In this document: piece after piece, positions 1 through 19,091 of the stretch
Numbering within the stretch: the stretch's first letter is position 1
Layout of the letters: every line of letters starts with the position of its first letter
Assembly (NCBI RefSeq): GCF_009914755.1
Contig: NC_060948.1
Length of the DNA: 64,000 nucleotides
Reading direction: 5' to 3' (one strand)
Source: the human T2T-CHM13v2.0 reference genome, Homo sapiens
Translations under genes and position numbers: made by a program
Notes under the pieces: generated by a model
Told to the model about the DNA's origin: nothing
Seen by the model: only the letters and a program-made list of their open reading frames with translations
Databases searched by the model: none

Positions 1-130
1 AGGGAGTTCTGACTGCCATTTTTTTTTTAAACCAAAGCCCCCAGTCAGCAGGAAGCACTTAAAAGTGGTTTTTGTCTTCATGCTTATCGTTATTCCAACC
101 ACAGTAAGATGTACTTATTTAGTGGGGAAA
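1..130 (+). mobile_element. 3' end of ERV1-class internal sequence ending in a polypurine tract
   Basis: 'gcccccagtcagcaggaagca...' resembles the ERV1 post-env segment; purine tract 'agtggggaaa' (121-130) directly abuts the LTR. Confidence 0.45.
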
Positions 131-560
131 TAACAGAGTTAGGGAACAGCCAAGGGTCTTGGGTGAAACCCCGCCTTCAAGCCTAAAACAGCCTGCAGGC
201 TGAAAACTGAGACTGCTGGTCTCAGAAAAAGCCTGCCTTTTTCAAACTGATTCTCTCTGAATAATGTCCACCTGCATACTGGGGGAAGAGAGTGGAGCCA
301 CGGAAAGCTCAGGCCTTGTACATAGAGGAGGATCTGGGACTCTTCACTTCCTGTGTGATGGTCTGGTGTTCAGCAATCTGGGAGGAGAGGCCCTGTAAAC
401 AGAACTCCCACTCACTTTTTTGAGAGTTGTTTTTTTTTTCTTCCTTTATTTTACTCAATCAACTCTACTCCTCATCCTTCAGAGTGTCCCTGACCTAATG
501 TTTCCTAGTCATGTGACAAGAACCCAATTTTACTGAAGTAAGGAGAAAGTTTTGCAATGT
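131..560 (+). mobile_element. ERV1 (MER4-group-like) LTR, probably a 3' LTR
   Basis: Motif 'cttcaagcctaaaacagcctg' and end 'gtgacaagaaccc...ctgaagtaaggagaaagttttgcaa' are typical of MER4-group LTRs; subfamily not resolved. Confidence 0.6.
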
Positions 561-789
561 GAGGATTTGGAACCCCCGTTTAAGATAAGTTGACTGTATC
601 TGGCTTCCCTTACTGTTTCAGAATTTATTTTTCTATCTATGCCAGCATCACTCTTTTGATTATTATAACTTTGCAAAATGTTTTGAAATAAAAAGGAATT
701 ATGCCTCTGAGTTTATTCTTATTTCCAGGCTGTTTGACTACTTGTGGTTTTCTGAGTGTTTATAGAAACTACAGGGCAATATTTATTGT

Positions 790-1045
790 CTCACTATGTG
801 ATCCCAGAACTGTGGAAAGCCAAAGTAGGTGGATTGCTGTAGCCCAGGAGTTTGAGACCAGCCTGGGAAATATGGTGAAACACTGTCTCTACAAAAAACA
901 TAAAAACTTGCTGAGCATGATGGCATGCACCTGCAGTCCCAGCTACTTGTGAGGCTGAGGTGGGAGGATCAATTGAACTTGAGAGTTCAAGGCTCAGTGA
1001 GCCATGATTATGACATGGCACTCCAGGCTGGATGACACAGCAAAA
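790..1045 (+). mobile_element. Old Alu (AluJ-like), partial
   Basis: 'gcccaggagtttgagaccagcctggg', 'gtcccagctacttgtgaggctgagg', 'cagtgagccatgat'. Confidence 0.85.
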
Positions 1046-1434
1046 TATTGATTCAAACATTTTAGAGCATTTTAGTACTTCTCCAGAAAGAACCACTGTT
1101 ATTTTTTAAAAAGAGATCTCATTGATTTGTAGATCATTTTGAATACCTTTAACATCTAAAGAAACTTGCATGTTTTAACTCTTGAAAAATACTATGCTCA
1201 AGAATTGGTCTAGTTTTCATATATATGCAGATGTGCTGTTTTCTTTTTGTTTTTAACTTCCCATTATATTACTGTGGACAGAAATAATACCTTTCGTGAT
1301 TGCCGTCTGTTTAAATATGCTGAAATGTGCATCTAGCATAGAAGTTTGCCTATCTGACAAAACATGTTGTACGTAATTATAAATATAATGTTTTATGCTG
1401 TTGTTGGGTGAAATGTTTTGTAGATTATGCCCAC

Positions 1435-1945
1435 AGCTTATTTCTTTATCCTTTTATTTCTCTGTATATTTGTCTTTATCTCCATTTTGTTTATTTTATT
1501 TATTTACTTTGTTTTTATTAATAATTTAATTTCACTTCTATTTTTTATTTTATTTTTCTTATTATAGTCCCTTCATTTCAAATTTTCTCCAATTTGTATC
1601 TTGTTTGTAATATTTTATTTATTGTTTTGTTTTTATTAATTTATTTTCATTCATGTCCCTTCATATTATTTTATTTCCTTTTTTAATTTTATTTTTAGTT
1701 TTCTCCTCATTCTTGCATTTTTCTTGTTTTATTATGTTGCTAATTATTTCTGTTTATTTCTCTTAATTTATTTTATTTATTATCTTCATCTTTTTATTTA
1801 TTTTTCCTGATCTTAATTACATTTTTTTCCTTATTTTCTCTATTTTATTTTAGTTTATTTACCATTACTATGTTTTACTTCAAATTTATTTTTAATTTTT
1901 ATTTTATTTTTCTTTATTTCATTTTTTTAACTTTATTTTTTGTTT
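1435..1945. repeat. T-rich low-complexity tract (degenerate TTTA/TTTC)
   Basis: About 500 bp dominated by T runs broken by A or C, with almost no G. Confidence 0.85.
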
Positions 1946-2361
1946 TACAAAACAGAAGAGATGAGCTATTTTAAACTGACCCAGCCAGCGTGGTCAAGAC
2001 TCAAGTTTGCTGAGACTCTATGGTAGCCACTCTACCCCAGGAGTCTCCAGTCTAGGGTATAGTCAGTGACTCCTGGCAGGATTGCTAAAACACCTGCGCA
2101 GATCTTTTATTGTTACAGGCCTATCTAGTATTCAGAGTCACAGGCCATTTCTGCTACTTTCAGAAGCCCCATGCAAGCCTCAGTGTAGCTGGGCTGAGGC
2201 CATGACTATGTCTTTATTTGTGTCCCAGTGAATCCTCCCCACATAATCCAGGGTGCTGACTCTTCTTCCTTTTTTCCTGAACAGGCTCCACAACCACTCA
2301 ACTCCACCCATGCATGTCTTGACCATATGTGTGTCTTTTTCTTGTTGAAAAAGGACAAAAA

Positions 2362-2596
2362 TTGTTTTCTTTTGTTTTGAGACAGAATCTTGCTATATTG
2401 CCCAGGCTTCAGTGCAGTGGTGTGATCTCAGCATACACAGCTATTTCTTTCTTTCTTTTTTTTTTTTGTATTTTTAGTAGAGATGATGTTTCACCATATT
2501 CACTTCACTGGTTTCAATCCACAGACCACAAGTGATTCACCCCCCTCAGCACCCCAAAATGTTACAATTACAGGTGTAAGCCACTGAGTTTAGCTG
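2362..2596 (-). mobile_element. Alu with internal deletion
   Basis: 'ttttgagacagaatcttgc...cccaggc', 'tttgtatttttagtagaga', 'ttacaggtgtaagccact'. Confidence 0.85.
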
Positions 2597-3540
2597 ATAC
2601 TTTATTTTATTTTATTTTAACTTGACATTTAACTGAATTATGAAAATATCAGCTTTATGGGTAGATATACATGCAAATAGGTACAAAAATGCTAATGATG
2701 TGAGAAGTTTAACATTTCTTCACTTTCTTTAATGATTTTATGGAGTTACTATTTTACATTCTCCTGTCTTTATCTCTATGTTCAGTTAGAAAATCCTCAG
2801 TGAATACTTTTCAGTATGATAGACAAAATGTTGTGCAATCGATCATTGATAGATGCACACTGAAGTAATTTCTGGTTTTCATTTGGAGCTTTTACACCTA
2901 GGAATGAAAACTGTTGCTTGTAAACTCACATAATATGGAGTTATACTATGCTGTCCTCTTCTGCACATTTGTCTACCATCACAGTTTGAATGTGCCACTG
3001 AAAAAAGGTGGGAAATTGTTTCCCTCAGACCTACTCATCTTCCTTTTATAGGTTTTCAGGTGGTGCATTGTCCAGATTGCTTAGAAGCTCATGATCACAG
3101 AGGTCATATTTGACAAGAGAAAGCACTGTTGCACCAGGACTAAGTGAAGGTGATTACCACCCCATGCCTAAGGCTTCTCCAGAGCCAGGATGGAGCTTAA
3201 AAACCATTACTGAAGCCAGAAAGTGATGACAGAAGTTGAGGGCTGCCCACAGGAGAAAGCAAAATCCTCCCTTTTGCTTTCCAAGTGTTCACTGTTTATT
3301 TGGTCATTAATGTTCCTTCTGACCATGATGTGTTTCTTGTTCATCTTTCCTGGTATTCCACTGAAAGTGCGTCTAAGGAAATGAGCCCTGGATGATAGTG
3401 ATAAAGAGAACAACTGCATCCTTCTATAGATGATGCCTTGGTGAGCTTTGAAGCACATTGAGCAGATCCTGAAATCCTTCCTTAGTATGGGACAAGTTTT
3501 GTCAAATTCAACTTCCATGTAAATGGTACTAGGTTCAAGA

Positions 3541-3850
3541 TGTCAAAGAAGAGACTCAGAGTTAATAAATGGGATATGGAGTTTTGCTGGGGACTTTCAC
3601 AAGGGGAGAAAGTCCAGTGTCAGTGGGCTTAGCAGGACAACCCTGTGCAATTGCAAAAAGCATGCAGTGTGCATAAAATTTTTATTAAGCACATTTTTCT
3701 GAACAATCTTTTACTTGTTATCCTTCATTTAACAAAAATTAAGGGCCTCAATCCCCTGTGTGGCCTGTGTTCCATGCAACAGCATGGGAAGACCAAGGGC
3801 TTAGTTGCTCCTCATAGATAAAGAGTAATCTCCAGGTTGGTCACTACTAG
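3541..3850 (-). mobile_element. Probable ERV1 LTR fragment
   Basis: The - strand ends '...ctctgagtctcttctttgaca', resembling an LTR 3' end; truncated by the adjacent L1. Confidence 0.4.
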
Positions 3851-7710
<3,860 letters not shown>

Positions 7711-7715
7711 TAGAA

Positions 7716-8006
7716 TGTTTTTTTTGAAATGATGTTTCACTCTTGTCCCTCAAGCTGGAGTGTGTTGGCACAATCTCAGCTCACCAAAACCTGTGCCTCC
7801 CAGGTTCAAGTGATTATCCTGCCTCAGCTTTCTGAGTATCTGGGATTACAAGCATTTGCCACCACACCTGCCTAACTTTATATTTTAGTAGAGATGAGGA
7901 TTCTCCATGTTGATGAGGCTGGTCTCGAACTCCTGACCTCAGGTGATATGCCTGATTCAGCCTCCCAAAATGTTGGGAGTACAGGCGTGACCCACCATCC
8001 CTGGCC
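7716..8006 (-). mobile_element. AluS
   Basis: Full dimer: 'ggttcaagtgattatcctgcctcagc', 'ggtctcgaactcctgacctcaggtgat'. Confidence 0.92.
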
Positions 8007-8961
8007 AGTCAATTAATATATTTTTTAGCTTGAACCTCTGAACACTCAGAAGCATTTTTTATATAGGATCAGTCTTGAGGTATGCGCTAATCAAGTTACT
8101 ACTCTCAATTGCATCCATCATACAGGCTGGTTCAGGCAGTGGAGGTTCTTCTTCCTGAACTTCTAGATTCCTTTTTTTTTTTCTTTTTCTTGAATGTTGG
8201 ATTGACCAGTGTTTATCTGAAAAGGCTGTTATGTGCACACATTGCTGGTACAGTTTTCTAAGTTAAAGAGATGGCTTCTTAGTTGGTAGGGTTTGTTCCT
8301 GTTACAGTTATGTTCACGTGGCTAAGGTTTCCATTCTCAAGATTTTCATTGGACATTCTGAGGCCCCAGTTCAACTATTTTCCAAGGTTAGATGTGCTGA
8401 ACCAGAACCTGAAATTGTGGTTCATGGTGGCCAGGCTGAGGCTGTCGTTTACAAGGAAGAACTGTCAGGTTTGCATCTTATTTTCCTTGTAATTTTAACA
8501 TATCTTTTGGAATGGAGACCCAAAAAGAATCTGAATATGTGACAGCCTCCTCCTAGATCTGGTACTATTTATACATGACTCTTAAATATCAGGGTAGTTG
8601 AGAGATCTCTATTCTATTATTTGTATGAATTATTTTGTATCTTATTCTCCGTCTTAAGAAAATTTTAGCTATGTATGCAATTCAAAATTGACATATTTTT
8701 TAAATAGCCAACTTAAAAACATTTCATTGAACATGTTGGGTAATATAATTCTAAAATATTTTATTTTAGAAACCAAAACACTTGAAGGTTGATAGTCACA
8801 GTATCTATGAAAGTGACATTATGAACATGCTTTTATAGTTTCCAGAAAGAAGAAAAAATCTATTTAGTCTTCAGTAGTAAAACGTAAAGATTATAGAAAT
8901 GTGATTAAATTTACTGATTAAAATATTCACAAAAACTGAGACAGATTCATTTACTTGTTCT

Positions 8962-9994
8962 TTATTGTTTACTCTCCAATAATGAACAGATTATAAGACA
9001 TTCAGAATTTACTTCATTATAGAAATAAAGCCACACAGCTATTTTGAAAGAATCATTAAAAATAAACAGAACAAACCTATCATTTATATTATTTAAAAAA
9101 TCACCCAATTCATAGTCCAAAAAAAAAATCTTACTAGGTATTACTACTGGCAGAAACCAGGTTTTCTTAGGACCTGGTCCAGTGAAACCACTCTTCATAT
9201 GTCACCCAATTGATCCTGCCAGTTTCTAGGAAGAGCTACAATTCTAAGAGCCCAGGACAGCTGGGCAGAAATAAAATATCCTTTGGTTATAACAAATGTT
9301 TGGTACTATTATTCCATATCACACAGTTTTTCTGTCCTCAGAGAAAAAATTGAGGATGTGTTGTGTCAGGATCTAGAATCAAGGCTTGGCATGGTGGCTT
9401 ATGCCTGTAATCCCAGCAATTTGGGAGGCCGAGATGGGTGGACCAGGAGATCAGGAGATCGACCATCCTGGCTAACACAGTGAAATCTCATTTCTGTTAA
9501 AAACACACAAAAATTAACCAGGCGTAGTGATGGGCGCATGTAGTCTCATCTACTTAGGAGGCTGATGCAAGAGAATCACTTTAACCTGGGAGGTGGAGGT
9601 TGCAGTACGCTGAGATCACACCACTGCACTCCAGCCTGGGCAACAGAGCAAGACTCCATTTCCAAAAAAAAAAAAAAATGGAAAGAAAAGAAAAGAAAAA
9701 TCTAGAATCAAATCAAATATAAAAAAATGGCTTGGTAATTCTGTCTAAGCCAGAATATAGAGGTGGGAGATTAAAATCATATTTTCTTAATTTAAATAAA
9801 AAGAGTTCAGGGAATTTTAGGTTTTGATACCTGGGGTGCATACTATTTACATGGGTTAGCCACTCCATGTTTGACTGGATAGACTTTCCCTCTACCTCCC
9901 TCAGTAGATGCTTAAATGTAGAAACATAATCTAAAAATTTTACAAGGTTTTCACTTAGTTTTCCTAAAACGTCCAACTCCACAATTTGTTTCAA
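8962..9994 (-). pseudogene. TRIM60P: TRIM60-like pseudogene (coiled-coil, PRY, SPRY), 5'-truncated, Alu-interrupted, internally deleted
   Basis: ORF 9713-9994 (ENLVKFLDYVSTFKHLLREVEGKSIQSN...YQNLKFPELF...LPPLYSGLDRITKPF) and ORF 8962-9198 (MKSG...PVVIPSKIFFLDYELGD...FND) match recalled TRIM60 sequence; a PRY remnant (ILDPDTTHPQ..SEDRK) flanks the Alu. Copy number not determinable. Confidence 0.88.
9383..9699 (+). mobile_element. Alu (AluSc/old AluY-like) inserted in the TRIM60P PRY region
   Basis: Full dimer with A/GAAAA tail; 12-bp TSD atctagaatcaa at 9371-9382 and 9700-9711. Confidence 0.93.
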
Positions 9995-11644
9995 TTGTGA
10001 GAGTCAACTGTGCAGCGTAGGTACAATAACGATCTCCTGATATGCAGATTTAATGTTATTTCTTTACCATAGATATTTTCATTTTTCACCCGAGACCACA
10101 GGTTAATTTCAAACAGAATATTTATTTCTAATTATGAGGCTTCTATTACATTGCTAGTATTATCTTGTTTACTTCATGTCTATGCCAAAAATAACTCATG
10201 ACTTATTAAATGTTCAACTATTAACTTAAATAAATTGTCCCAATAAATTTAATAAACTCAATTATATCAATTTCATAATGTAAAATTAACAGTAACTAAA
10301 TGAAAACTGGATTAAATATCATTTTCTAATTGAAATAATTGAAATGTACTGAATAAATGGTATACAATAATACATGCATTGTGAAATTACATGTGAAAAT
10401 TATTTTGTGAACATCATTAAATTTTATCAAAGATACATTCATCAACTCTGAGAAAATTATACAAGTAATGCTTAATGAAATTAGGCTATAAGAAATTTAT
10501 ATATTATGTCTGTAGTGAGCAACAGGCAAGCAGACCAAACAAAAAAAAAGGAGAATTTGCACAAGATGTTTCTAAGAGAGGAGCAATAATATTTTACATA
10601 AATGAGTTTAATACAAAGCAGAGATGATAGATTTGCTTTCAAAATTTTTGAAGTTTCTGGTTTGCTGGTAAGTTACCAAGACTTGTAAAATTATCTGTTT
10701 TATTCTAATATTTTTCTTTTCTACTCAGAGTAGGTACATAATCGTAAACCAATACGATTATTCTCTATAAAGCTGTTACACTTAATGTTTATTTTACAGT
10801 GATTTATTTGTGTATTTACGTCCATTTAAATAAAAACTAAAGGTCTGCGTATGTTTAGCAGACTAGAGACATCATCTGTTAAAGAAAAATAGGATACATT
10901 TTGTAAAGAGTTTTTCAGAATTCAAAAATAAAATGCAAAGCTCCATCGTACTCATAATCTTCATAACAACCATCATAATTATCTGTAGTTACAAGAAAAA
11001 CAGAAATATAAATTGTAGGAACCATATTATCCAAATTATTTTAAGTTAAGACCACTGACAAAGAATCTGGAGAGATGTTATTTCATTGTCATTCAATAGT
11101 ATACAGTTATCATCTGTTACCTACAACCATGCATAAGATGGGATAACCTAACATCAGTGGCAAGATAAAACTTCAATGTAAAACAGCCTTACCACAGTAA
11201 CAAATATGTTCATCAATTGAAACAAAAACAAACTAAATTTATACATTGCCATTAAAAAGGCATTTTGAAATTCACTGTATTTTAATTCTTACTTTGCAAA
11301 TGGTAATGCAATTTTTTTCTAAACTTCAAGTTGTTTCTCTTACTATGCAGAATATTATCCTGATTACTTTTCACACTCCTATTACCCTGTCACTTATGAT
11401 ATTACTGTAAACCAACTACTAAGTAGCCTTTCTACTTAGAATTTCTTTATGTATCTTATATTTAAGTTTACTTAAACTTCCATATGAAAGTATATAAATC
11501 TGTCCATCTAATATAGAGAACCTTTCTTAAATCTAGTGCAGCAACCATTGACCATGTTCTTTCACATAAATTCTAGAAAAGAAGACATAGCTTCAAATGT
11601 AAGAGTTAAATGACATCAATATTTGCTTTCAAAAAATATATGAA

Positions 11645-11936
11645 ACTTTTGTTTGTTTGTTTGTTTTGAGAGAGTTTCACCTTGTTGCCATACTGGGGTG
11701 CAGTGTGTGATCTTGGCTCACTGCAACCTCCACCTCCTGGGTTCAAGGGAGCCTCCCGCCTCAGACTCCTGAGTAACTGGGACTACAAGTTCATGCCACT
11801 GTGCCCAGTGAATTTTTTTCTATTTTTTGTAGAGATGGGGTTTCACCATGTTGGCCAGAATATTCTCGATTTCTTGACCTCGTGATCTGCCCGCCTTGCC
11901 TTCCTGGGATTACATGCATGAGCCTCCATGTCCAGC
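11645..11936 (-). mobile_element. AluS
   Basis: (TTTG)n tail, 'ggctcactgcaacctcc', 'ttgacctcgtgatctgcccgcc'. Confidence 0.9.
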
Positions 11937-11974
11937 AAAAATTGTTTTAATATATAAAAGTAGGTTTCTTTTAC

Positions 11975-14665
11975 AGGAAAGGGATCAAGAATGCAGACTA
12001 GGATCAGCTAAACTATGTGGTTCTCACAGAGAAAAATGCAAGGTGTGCATAAATACAGAACCATCAAATGAAATATCCAGGTACTTGCACTGGGAATAAT
12101 CAAAGAAAAACACAACTTAAGGAGAGTAGAGTAAAGCAAGGCCAAACAATGGGCCACACGAAAAACACATGGAGCCAAGGGAACCTCCCCACCCAGTAAA
12201 GCAGTGGGTGCATGTGTGACTCTGGGAACCAATGATTCTCCCACAGTTCTTTCCAATCCTCAAGTGAGGAGACTCCCTAAAGAACCTACTTTACCAAGGC
12301 CTTCAGTTTAACACATAGACCTATATGGAGTCTCAGCAGAGCAGCTGCACAGGCCTGTGTAGTGATTCAAGAGGCTTAGATACTCTAGCATTCCAGAATT
12401 CTCAGAAAAGGTAGCTGCAACTCCAGCAAAGCAGGATGTTTCACCCCTGTACATACCCACAGGAAACAGGCAGAATCCAGGGACCTCAGCAATGATGGTC
12501 TGTAGGACCCACTTCCACAGTGCCTCATAGATTAAGACCTACTGGCTTAGAATTCTAGCCAACCATTGGTAGCAACACTGCACCTCTCTGATTTGGAGCT
12601 ACCACAAAGAGGAGTGGACCTCCATCTTTGCTGTTTCAACAACATAGCCATCCCAGCCTTCAGGCTTTGAAGAGCCCAAGTTGACTGGGGCAGAAAGGAT
12701 CTCCTAGCACAGTGCAGGTGCTCTAAGAAGTCATGGCCAGACTGCCTATTAAAGCAGGACCCAAATCTCTTCCTCCTCACTGAAAAGAACTTCCCAAGCA
12801 GGGTGTCCAGCTACCAACACCGATGCTATTTAATCAATGACATTTTGAATCCTCTTTGGAATAAAGTTCCCAGAGTGAAGAGTGAGCTGCCATATTTGCT
12901 GTTTGTGTGACTTAGTGGTTCCAGCGTTCTAGCTTAGGAGAATCCAAATAAAATGGGGATGAAAGTGGTACCTCTGCACAGCAGAGCTCTCCTACAAAAA
13001 TGTGGCTATACTGCTATCTTCAGTGAGTCCTGAATTCTCCTTCCTGGAAAAGTCCTTTCAATAGGGTGTTCCAGCTACCTCTTTCAGGTGTTTTGGGCTG
13101 CAAACATGTCTATACTTGCCTGGGATGGAGCTTCCAGAGAAGAGGGCATATTGCCTTCATTGCTGTTTTGCAGCATTCAGTGGGATAACTTCAGGCACTG
13201 GAAAACCTGAAGTGACTGGAAACTGCAGTGGACAGACAGAATACTGCAGCAGCCCTTCAGAAAAGTGGCCAGACTGTTGCATGAGTGCCTGCTCTCACAT
13301 ATTCTCACTGGGCAGGTTCTCCAGGTCTGGGCCTGGTAGGGATATTGAGCCAGTAGCAACTTAGAAACTTCCTGGACAGAGCCTATAGGGGCAACTGAAA
13401 ATATTTCTGCCACTAATTTTGCAGTAGAACTGTCCTTACTGTGCTTCTTAGACTAATGAAAAATCCAAAACCCAAGTGCCTTATTTACACCCCAAACAAG
13501 CTGCATTTTGCCCAAGAAGAGGAGGCCAGTCCATCCCCCATGGGTTCCACATACTATCCATTGCTCCTCGCCCGACAGTAAACTCCTATCTTAGCCCAAA
13601 TCACAGATCCTCCATCCTGGACTGACTGTAGTGAGGAGCTGCTGACCTACATCTCTCTGAGATGCAGCCCCCAGAAGACAAGCAAGGAAATGGGGTAGCA
13701 AGCCACCTCATGTGGTGCCAAGAGTGTTGGTGCAAGAGCAGTTGTAGTAATATATTGCCAGTGATGGCCACTTCTGTAGGTTCAACTTTCTCCCATAAGA
13801 TATTTTAGCCCTAGAGAAACTGTTGGATCTAATTTTGCAGGTTTTGCATACCAGAAGAAGCTGTTCCAACTGAACACCCCTTGGTCTCCTGATGTCTTCA
13901 AGGGACACATTCTGGCTACAGATTCTTACAGGTCAGTCTCAGGTACCCTGGGAGCCCATACCATAGCATCTGCACTGGTGGGCCATGTCTGACCCCTGAA
14001 GAGCTCCAGCAAGTTAGCTCCTATGACTCCATCAACCCACATGTTTCTTCCCCATACTGCAGCTTCCCATGAGACAAAAGTAAGTTTATATCCAACCAAA
14101 GTAAGCTTCAGAAGTAAAAATAAATAAATATGGTCCTATTCACATAAGCAAACACTGAAGAAATCTGTTACTTGAGACTTGTCTTACAAGAGCTTCTGAA
14201 GAAAACAATAAATAAAAAAGACTATAATTAGTCACTACAAAAACACACTATATAAACTGCTGACACTATAAAGCAACCACATAAAAAATGTGCAAAACAG
14301 ACAGCTAAGATCATAGTGACAGAATCAAATTGACACATATGAATACTAACGATAAACATAAATGGGCTACATGCCCCAATAAAAAAACAGTGTGGAAAGC
14401 TGAGTAAAGAATCAAGATTTAATGGTATGCTGTAATCTAGACACTCATCTCAGTTAAGTTCAAAATAAAAAAGAAAAATCTACGAAATAAATGGAAAACA
14501 TAAAAAAGGAGGGAATGCAATCATAATTTCTGGCAAAACAGACTTAAAATCCACATAGATTTTTTTAAAAAAAGAGAAAGACAGCATTCCATAATAGTAA
14601 AATGAAATATATACACCCAACACAAAAGCACCCAGATTATAAAGCAAGTTCTTAGAGACCCTACG
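11975..14665 (+). mobile_element. Older primate L1: long 5'UTR, most of ORF1 deleted, start of ORF2
   Basis: 5'UTR with repeated 'ccatctttgctgttt'-type modules; ORF1 end ('cttacaagagcttctgaag'); ORF2 EN start ('aatgggctacatgccccaat', 'gcacccagattataaagcaagttcttagagacc'). Subfamily uncertain. Confidence 0.75.
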
Positions 14666-14769
14666 AGTTCTTAAGTCAAATCTTCTTCAACAGTCATTAC
14701 CTTTATATGATATTTAAGTCTCTGATGTTGAACACAGTATGAGGACTTGCTAAAAGCCTTTCCACATTT

Positions 14770-15847
<1,078 letters not shown>

Positions 15848-16390
15848 CTGAAAAAAAAATAAGAACAACAATATTTCTCTTGCATTAGCATAAGGCTCAA
15901 GTGAATACATTTTAAATAATTATACGAATCACATTAACAAGGTGGCAATAAAATACCACAGACTCTAATTCCTTTATAGACATATAAACTTAACAGAAAT
16001 ATGCTGAACAAAATTCCTTTGTGAGAAGTCTAATAATCAGTTAAGCATTTGTAGCACTTCAAGGGAGAAAAATACCAAGAACTACATAGAAGTGTAATAA
16101 AAGTGTTGTATATTTGCCCTTCTCAGCCTTTCTTCATCCTATGATGACTTTAAGTATAGTTTCCCAACTCCTGATTTCCCCTTCAAAAATAAATAAAATA
16201 GTGGCAACTGAGTTCAGGCTTCTGGCTTTGTGAGACCTTACTAAAGACTAATTTCTATATTCTATGACAGTGTTTAAAGGAAATGTGGTATTCTTTGACA
16301 ATTTGGGGCAGGTGAGACAGGGTAAATGACTGTTACAAGAAAGACATTGACAAGATATCATTGACAGACTATGGATATAGCAATTGACTA

Positions 16391-16765
<375 letters not shown>

Positions 16766-17489
16766 CTAAAAACACACAAGCCTAGATAAAACATCTATAG
16801 AACAGGTGTGAGAGACTTCAAGAATCTCTAGCCTAAAAGTTGGTATCATATTCCCCCAGAAAAAAGTCAATAAGCATTTTCACATGTGGCATTTTATTAT
16901 ATAATTTGCAACCCAAGATTACAACATATACAAAACATTAAGATAAGATGGCTCACTCTAAGATAAAAATAAATATGTAGAAATCAATGATAATAAATGG
17001 AGATGTAAAAATTACCTGAGAAAATTTCAATTAAAGTCTACATCTATTTTTAAAAGAAAAAAATAAATTACCCTAACAAATTAAAATTGCCACCTGAATG
17101 ATGCTTAATGAGTAAAACTGAAATAAAGAAAACAAACTGAAATAACAAATACGAAATTAACAAAATTATAAAAAGAACAAAAAATAAAATTTATGTAGTA
17201 GAAGTACAAAAAAGACTAATATGAACTTCAACATTATTAAAAAAAATAAGAAAATCAGGAAGCTCAGTAAATTTCAACCAACATTAACACAAAGAAATTT
17301 CTAACAAGACCCCAAATAAGAAATGCTTTGAAAGTCATATATAAGAAGAGAATCTTGAATGCAGGAAGAAAAAAAGAGATATGTTATTTATATGCATGCT
17401 TCTGCAAGTTTACCAGTAAGTTTATAAACATAAATCTTTCAGGAAGAAAGGAGTAGGATAACATACTTAAAACACTGAAGAAAAACTTC

Positions 17490-18084
17490 TGTTAGAAATG
17501 CCTATTCCTCAGTGCCAAAAAGTAGAACTAGCACTCAGACAAAGAATTTTCTCAGCAAGGCAATTTTGCTTTCTGTAGAAAGCTTGCTGCTCATCAGCAA
17601 TCCTGCCATGAAAGCACAATGAAACAGAAAGGCAGGAATATTTATCCTGTATGCGTTGGGTTCTTATTTCTGTTTCCTATCTCCATTAGTTTGAGCAGGA
17701 CATCACAGTCTAAGCTAAACCTGATTAGCTAACAACCTAAAACATTCCTAAATAGGTAAAGGCAATGAAGAACAAAGAAAAGGAGAAAGTTGCTTTTGAA
17801 AAGTCTTAGAGAAGTAATAACATTTCCAAATAAGAAAAGGGCATAAGCTGCAAACTGGGACATGCTTGAGCATGTACAGAACAAATCTCTTGTTGAAAGT
17901 CCAAGGGCATGGAATGTACTTATTCTTTATATATAACAGCTACATAGAATAGGGCTTAACAGAGAGTCAATAGCACAAAACAGGAAGGCTTTGAAGAAAT
18001 TTAATTTGTAAAAGAAAATATTATTTCTAACATTTATTATTTAAAAGAAGGAAAATTTTGATGAGAAACTTTTTACTTTTTACA
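17490..18084 (-). mobile_element. Solo LTR (~595 bp), tentatively LTR22/HML-5 group
   Basis: TG...CA termini; the - strand starts 'tgtaaaaagtaaaaagtttc'; interrupts otherwise contiguous L1 ORF1 sequence. Family recalled from memory only. Confidence 0.6.
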
Positions 18085-18792
18085 AAGTCTAAGTAAGAAT
18101 ACTATATCCAGCAAAAGTATCCTTCAAAATGAAGGAGAAAATATCCAACTATATCATGATCTATATCAAGATCTAACCATGTCATCTCTTCAAGAGTCTC
18201 ACTTCAGACTTAATAAAAAAATAGACTGAAAATGGCAGGATAAAAAATACATGCCATGGAAGTGTTAACCAAATAAGAGGAGAAGAGGCAACAATTTATT
18301 AAATTGAAAACAGTCATATTTTGTAAAATTTGCTCTAAGTGAAAATTCACAAGAGACAAGTAGGACATTCAGTTATACTAAGAAAGTTCATTTACTGAGA
18401 TTCTATAAATATATGAGAGTTTTCCCAAAAACGTAAAATAAAACATTGACATAATTGAAGCAAAAATAGAAAACAATATAATAATGGAAGGATACATTTA
18501 TATCCCACTTTCAGTAATAAATAAAGCAAGACGGAATATCAATAAGGGAACACAAAGCTTGAATTCTCTATACAATATTTGTACCCGACAAATGTGTACA
18601 ACAATAGAATACATACTTTTTAATAGCTCATAGAATATTTTCCTAGATGGATTGTGTGTGACTCCATGAAAGAAGCATTAATGATTTTTAATTGAAATTT
18701 TACAGACAATTATTTATAGCCCAAATGGAATGAAACTAGAAATCAGTAATGGAAGAAAAGCTGAAAAAAAATTATAACAAATAACAACACAG

Positions 18793-19091
18793 TTTTTCTT
18801 TTTTCTTTTTTCTTAGATGCAATATCACTCTGTCACTAGGATGAAGTGCAGGGGCACAATCTCAGCTCACCGCAACCTCCACTTCCAGGTTCAGGCAATT
18901 CCCCTGCCTCAGCCTCTCCAGTAGCTGGAACTACAGGCACACACCACCATGCCCAGCTAATTGTGTGTATTTCAATAGCGGCAGGATTTCATCATGTTGG
19001 CCGATATGATCTCAATCTCCTGATCTGGCCATGGACCTTCCTTGGCCTTACAAAGTGATGGGATTACACGTATGAGTCACCAGGCCTGGCC
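18793..19091 (-). mobile_element. AluS
   Basis: 'ctcagctcaccgcaacctcc', 'cctgcctcagcctctccagtagctgg', 'gggattacacgtatgagtcacc'. Confidence 0.88.

Noticed and set aside
3060-3110. 'CPDCLEAHDHRGH' as a TRIM B-box remnant
   Set aside because: It is very short, on the opposite strand to TRIM60P, and lacks flanking B-box or RING residues.
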